DNA from: Octopus vulgaris
Taxonomy: Eukaryota
NCBI GenBank assembly: GCA_951406725.2
Contig: OX597814.1
Span: 203,112,001-203,176,000, forward strand
DNA length: 64,000 nt
Direction: 5' to 3'
Position numbers and translations under genes: made by a program. The notes under the pieces were generated by a model that saw nothing but the letters and a program-made list of their open reading frames with translations, did not search any database and was not told the DNA's origin. Positions 63,402 through 64,000 of this stretch are shown piece after piece. How positions within the stretch are numbered: position 1 is the stretch's first letter; every line of letters begins with the position of its first letter.

Positions 63402-64000
63402 GTAAGCCAAATAAATTCTAATTAATGAAGATTACACTAGAAGGAAGAGAAAAAATATTTTTAGCATAATAATTCTTTTGCATTTTTGCTGCAGGCCAAC
63501 AATTTTTTAAGAGGTGGGGTCAATGTAGTCATTGACCCCAGTATATGGCCAATACTTCATTGACCCTGAAAGGATGAAAGACAAAGTTGACCTCAGCAGA
63601 ATTTGAGGTCAATTTACGCTCTTTATGTAAATTGACCTTCTGGCTCTTTAAGCAGGGTGTAAAGAACCGGAAGAAAAACATTCTGTCACTGCACTAAAAA
63701 TTCTGCCAGTTTGTCACCTTTATGTTTAATAATTAATTAATTCTTGATAATTAATTGTTGTTATGTAAGTTAGAGGAGACAACTTAGATGTTTTAATTAA
63801 ATAACATTGATTTGTAAATTGAATGGAAGTATACAGTGTGGAGTAAATGTGGTCTTTAGTGAATATGGATGACAACTTTGAACATATTTTAGTCTTATTA
63901 AATCTCCTCAACATAGCATAATTTGTACAGGCACTTGCCACCTCTTGAGATGACTGAGAGATATAAATATTGAGTGGATAAATACTGAGTCTGTTGTGTA

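Noticed and set aside
46236-64000. A fourth cadherin exon (expected to begin A-x-D-x-G)
   Set aside because: Candidate acceptors near 54944, 59964 and 62888 lead to early stops or non-cadherin peptides; the next exon probably lies beyond the window.

Overview
AT-rich, repeat-dense eukaryotic DNA. The SINE/RTE repertoire and (TA)n load suggest a coleoid cephalopod, probably Octopus (inference). The window lies inside one multi-exon cadherin-superfamily gene on the + strand. Three small, phase-compatible exons (1612-1710, 25917-26097, 46141-46235) splice into parts of two cadherin (EC) repeats with a degenerate Ca2+-binding linker, separated by introns of 24.2 and 20.0 kb. The introns contain tRNA-derived SINEs (several modular families, many with target-site duplications, TSDs), RTE and CR1 LINE remnants, mariner/Tc1 relics, Helitrons, hAT and piggyBac-like MITEs, solo LTRs and microsatellites. 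The most striking signal is a set of mutually dissimilar fold-back (long inverted-repeat) elements, mostly next to (TA)n/(CA)n. They carry minimal type I hammerhead ribozyme motifs of the Penelope-like/retrozyme kind at the hairpin apex, in the spacer, or in both arms: 7 motifs at 6 loci, 2 of them degenerate. Almost all ORFs in the supplied track are microsatellite or repeat artefacts. Repeat boundaries were estimated by eye and are approximate.
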